Source: Chiloscyllium plagiosum (lineage: Eukaryota). From it: 64,000 bases of DNA. The DNA is taken from assembly GCF_004010195.1 (NCBI RefSeq), contig NC_057718.1, forward strand, positions 70,515,025-70,579,024, in the 5' to 3' direction. Made by a program: the position numbers and the translations under genes. The notes under the pieces were generated by a model. It made no database searches and was not told where the DNA came from. It saw only the letters and a list, made by a program, of their open reading frames with translations. Shown one piece after another: positions 63,727 to 64,000 of the stretch; within the stretch, counting starts at the first letter, position 1; each line of letters starts with the position of its first letter.

Positions 63727-63839
63727 CAACAATCAAATTGCGTCTGGAACACATCTAGCACTTGCATTTAAAATAAGAAAAAGTAAAGATCTAAGCTATC
63801 CTCTTAATATTTTGAGGGGGTTTGGTCTGATCCATAACA
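63727..63839 (+). mobile_element. LTR 3'-end fragment of the Gypsy family at 23709-24493
   Basis: atattttgagggggtttggtctgatccataaca versus atattttgagggggtttggtctggtccataaca (24461-24493). Confidence 0.7.
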
Positions 63840-64000
63840 CACACTAGGGGCTCTTGGCTTGAATTAAAAAATCTCACTTTATAGGTTGGATTTAAGGTTG
63901 TTGGACTCAAAGGCAGTGAGTGGTGAGATTTGTTTTCTTTTAATTTCAAGTATTGCATTTGGTTGGTTTAAACCGGGTGTGCCTTGTGCTTACCAGTAAG

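Overview
Eukaryotic (vertebrate) genomic DNA. The repeat families (HE1-like V-SINEs, CR1 LINEs, several Penelope-like elements) point to a cartilaginous fish, most likely a shark; this is an inference. The only host-gene content I can support is two short + strand coding exons of an ERM-family gene, best matching ezrin (39824-39907 and 59876-59971, FERM F1 lobe). The rest is apparently intron packed with decayed, nested transposons: CR1, RTE, Tx1/L1, L2, Gypsy LTR relics, SINEs and Tigger-like MITEs. There is one assembly gap (41750-42178). Nearly all ORFs in the supplied track are TE fragments or noise. The most interesting signal is a set of about 15 Penelope-like (PLE) insertions from at least three families. 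They carry minimal hammerhead-ribozyme cores (CUGANGA-stemII-GAAA-palindrome-UH), are often fold-back inverted structures whose 5' break lies at the ribozyme core, and are repeatedly flanked by target-site duplications centred on 14 bp. Exon, TSD and ribozyme coordinates were counted by hand; TE boundaries are approximate and family names come from recognition, not from a database search.
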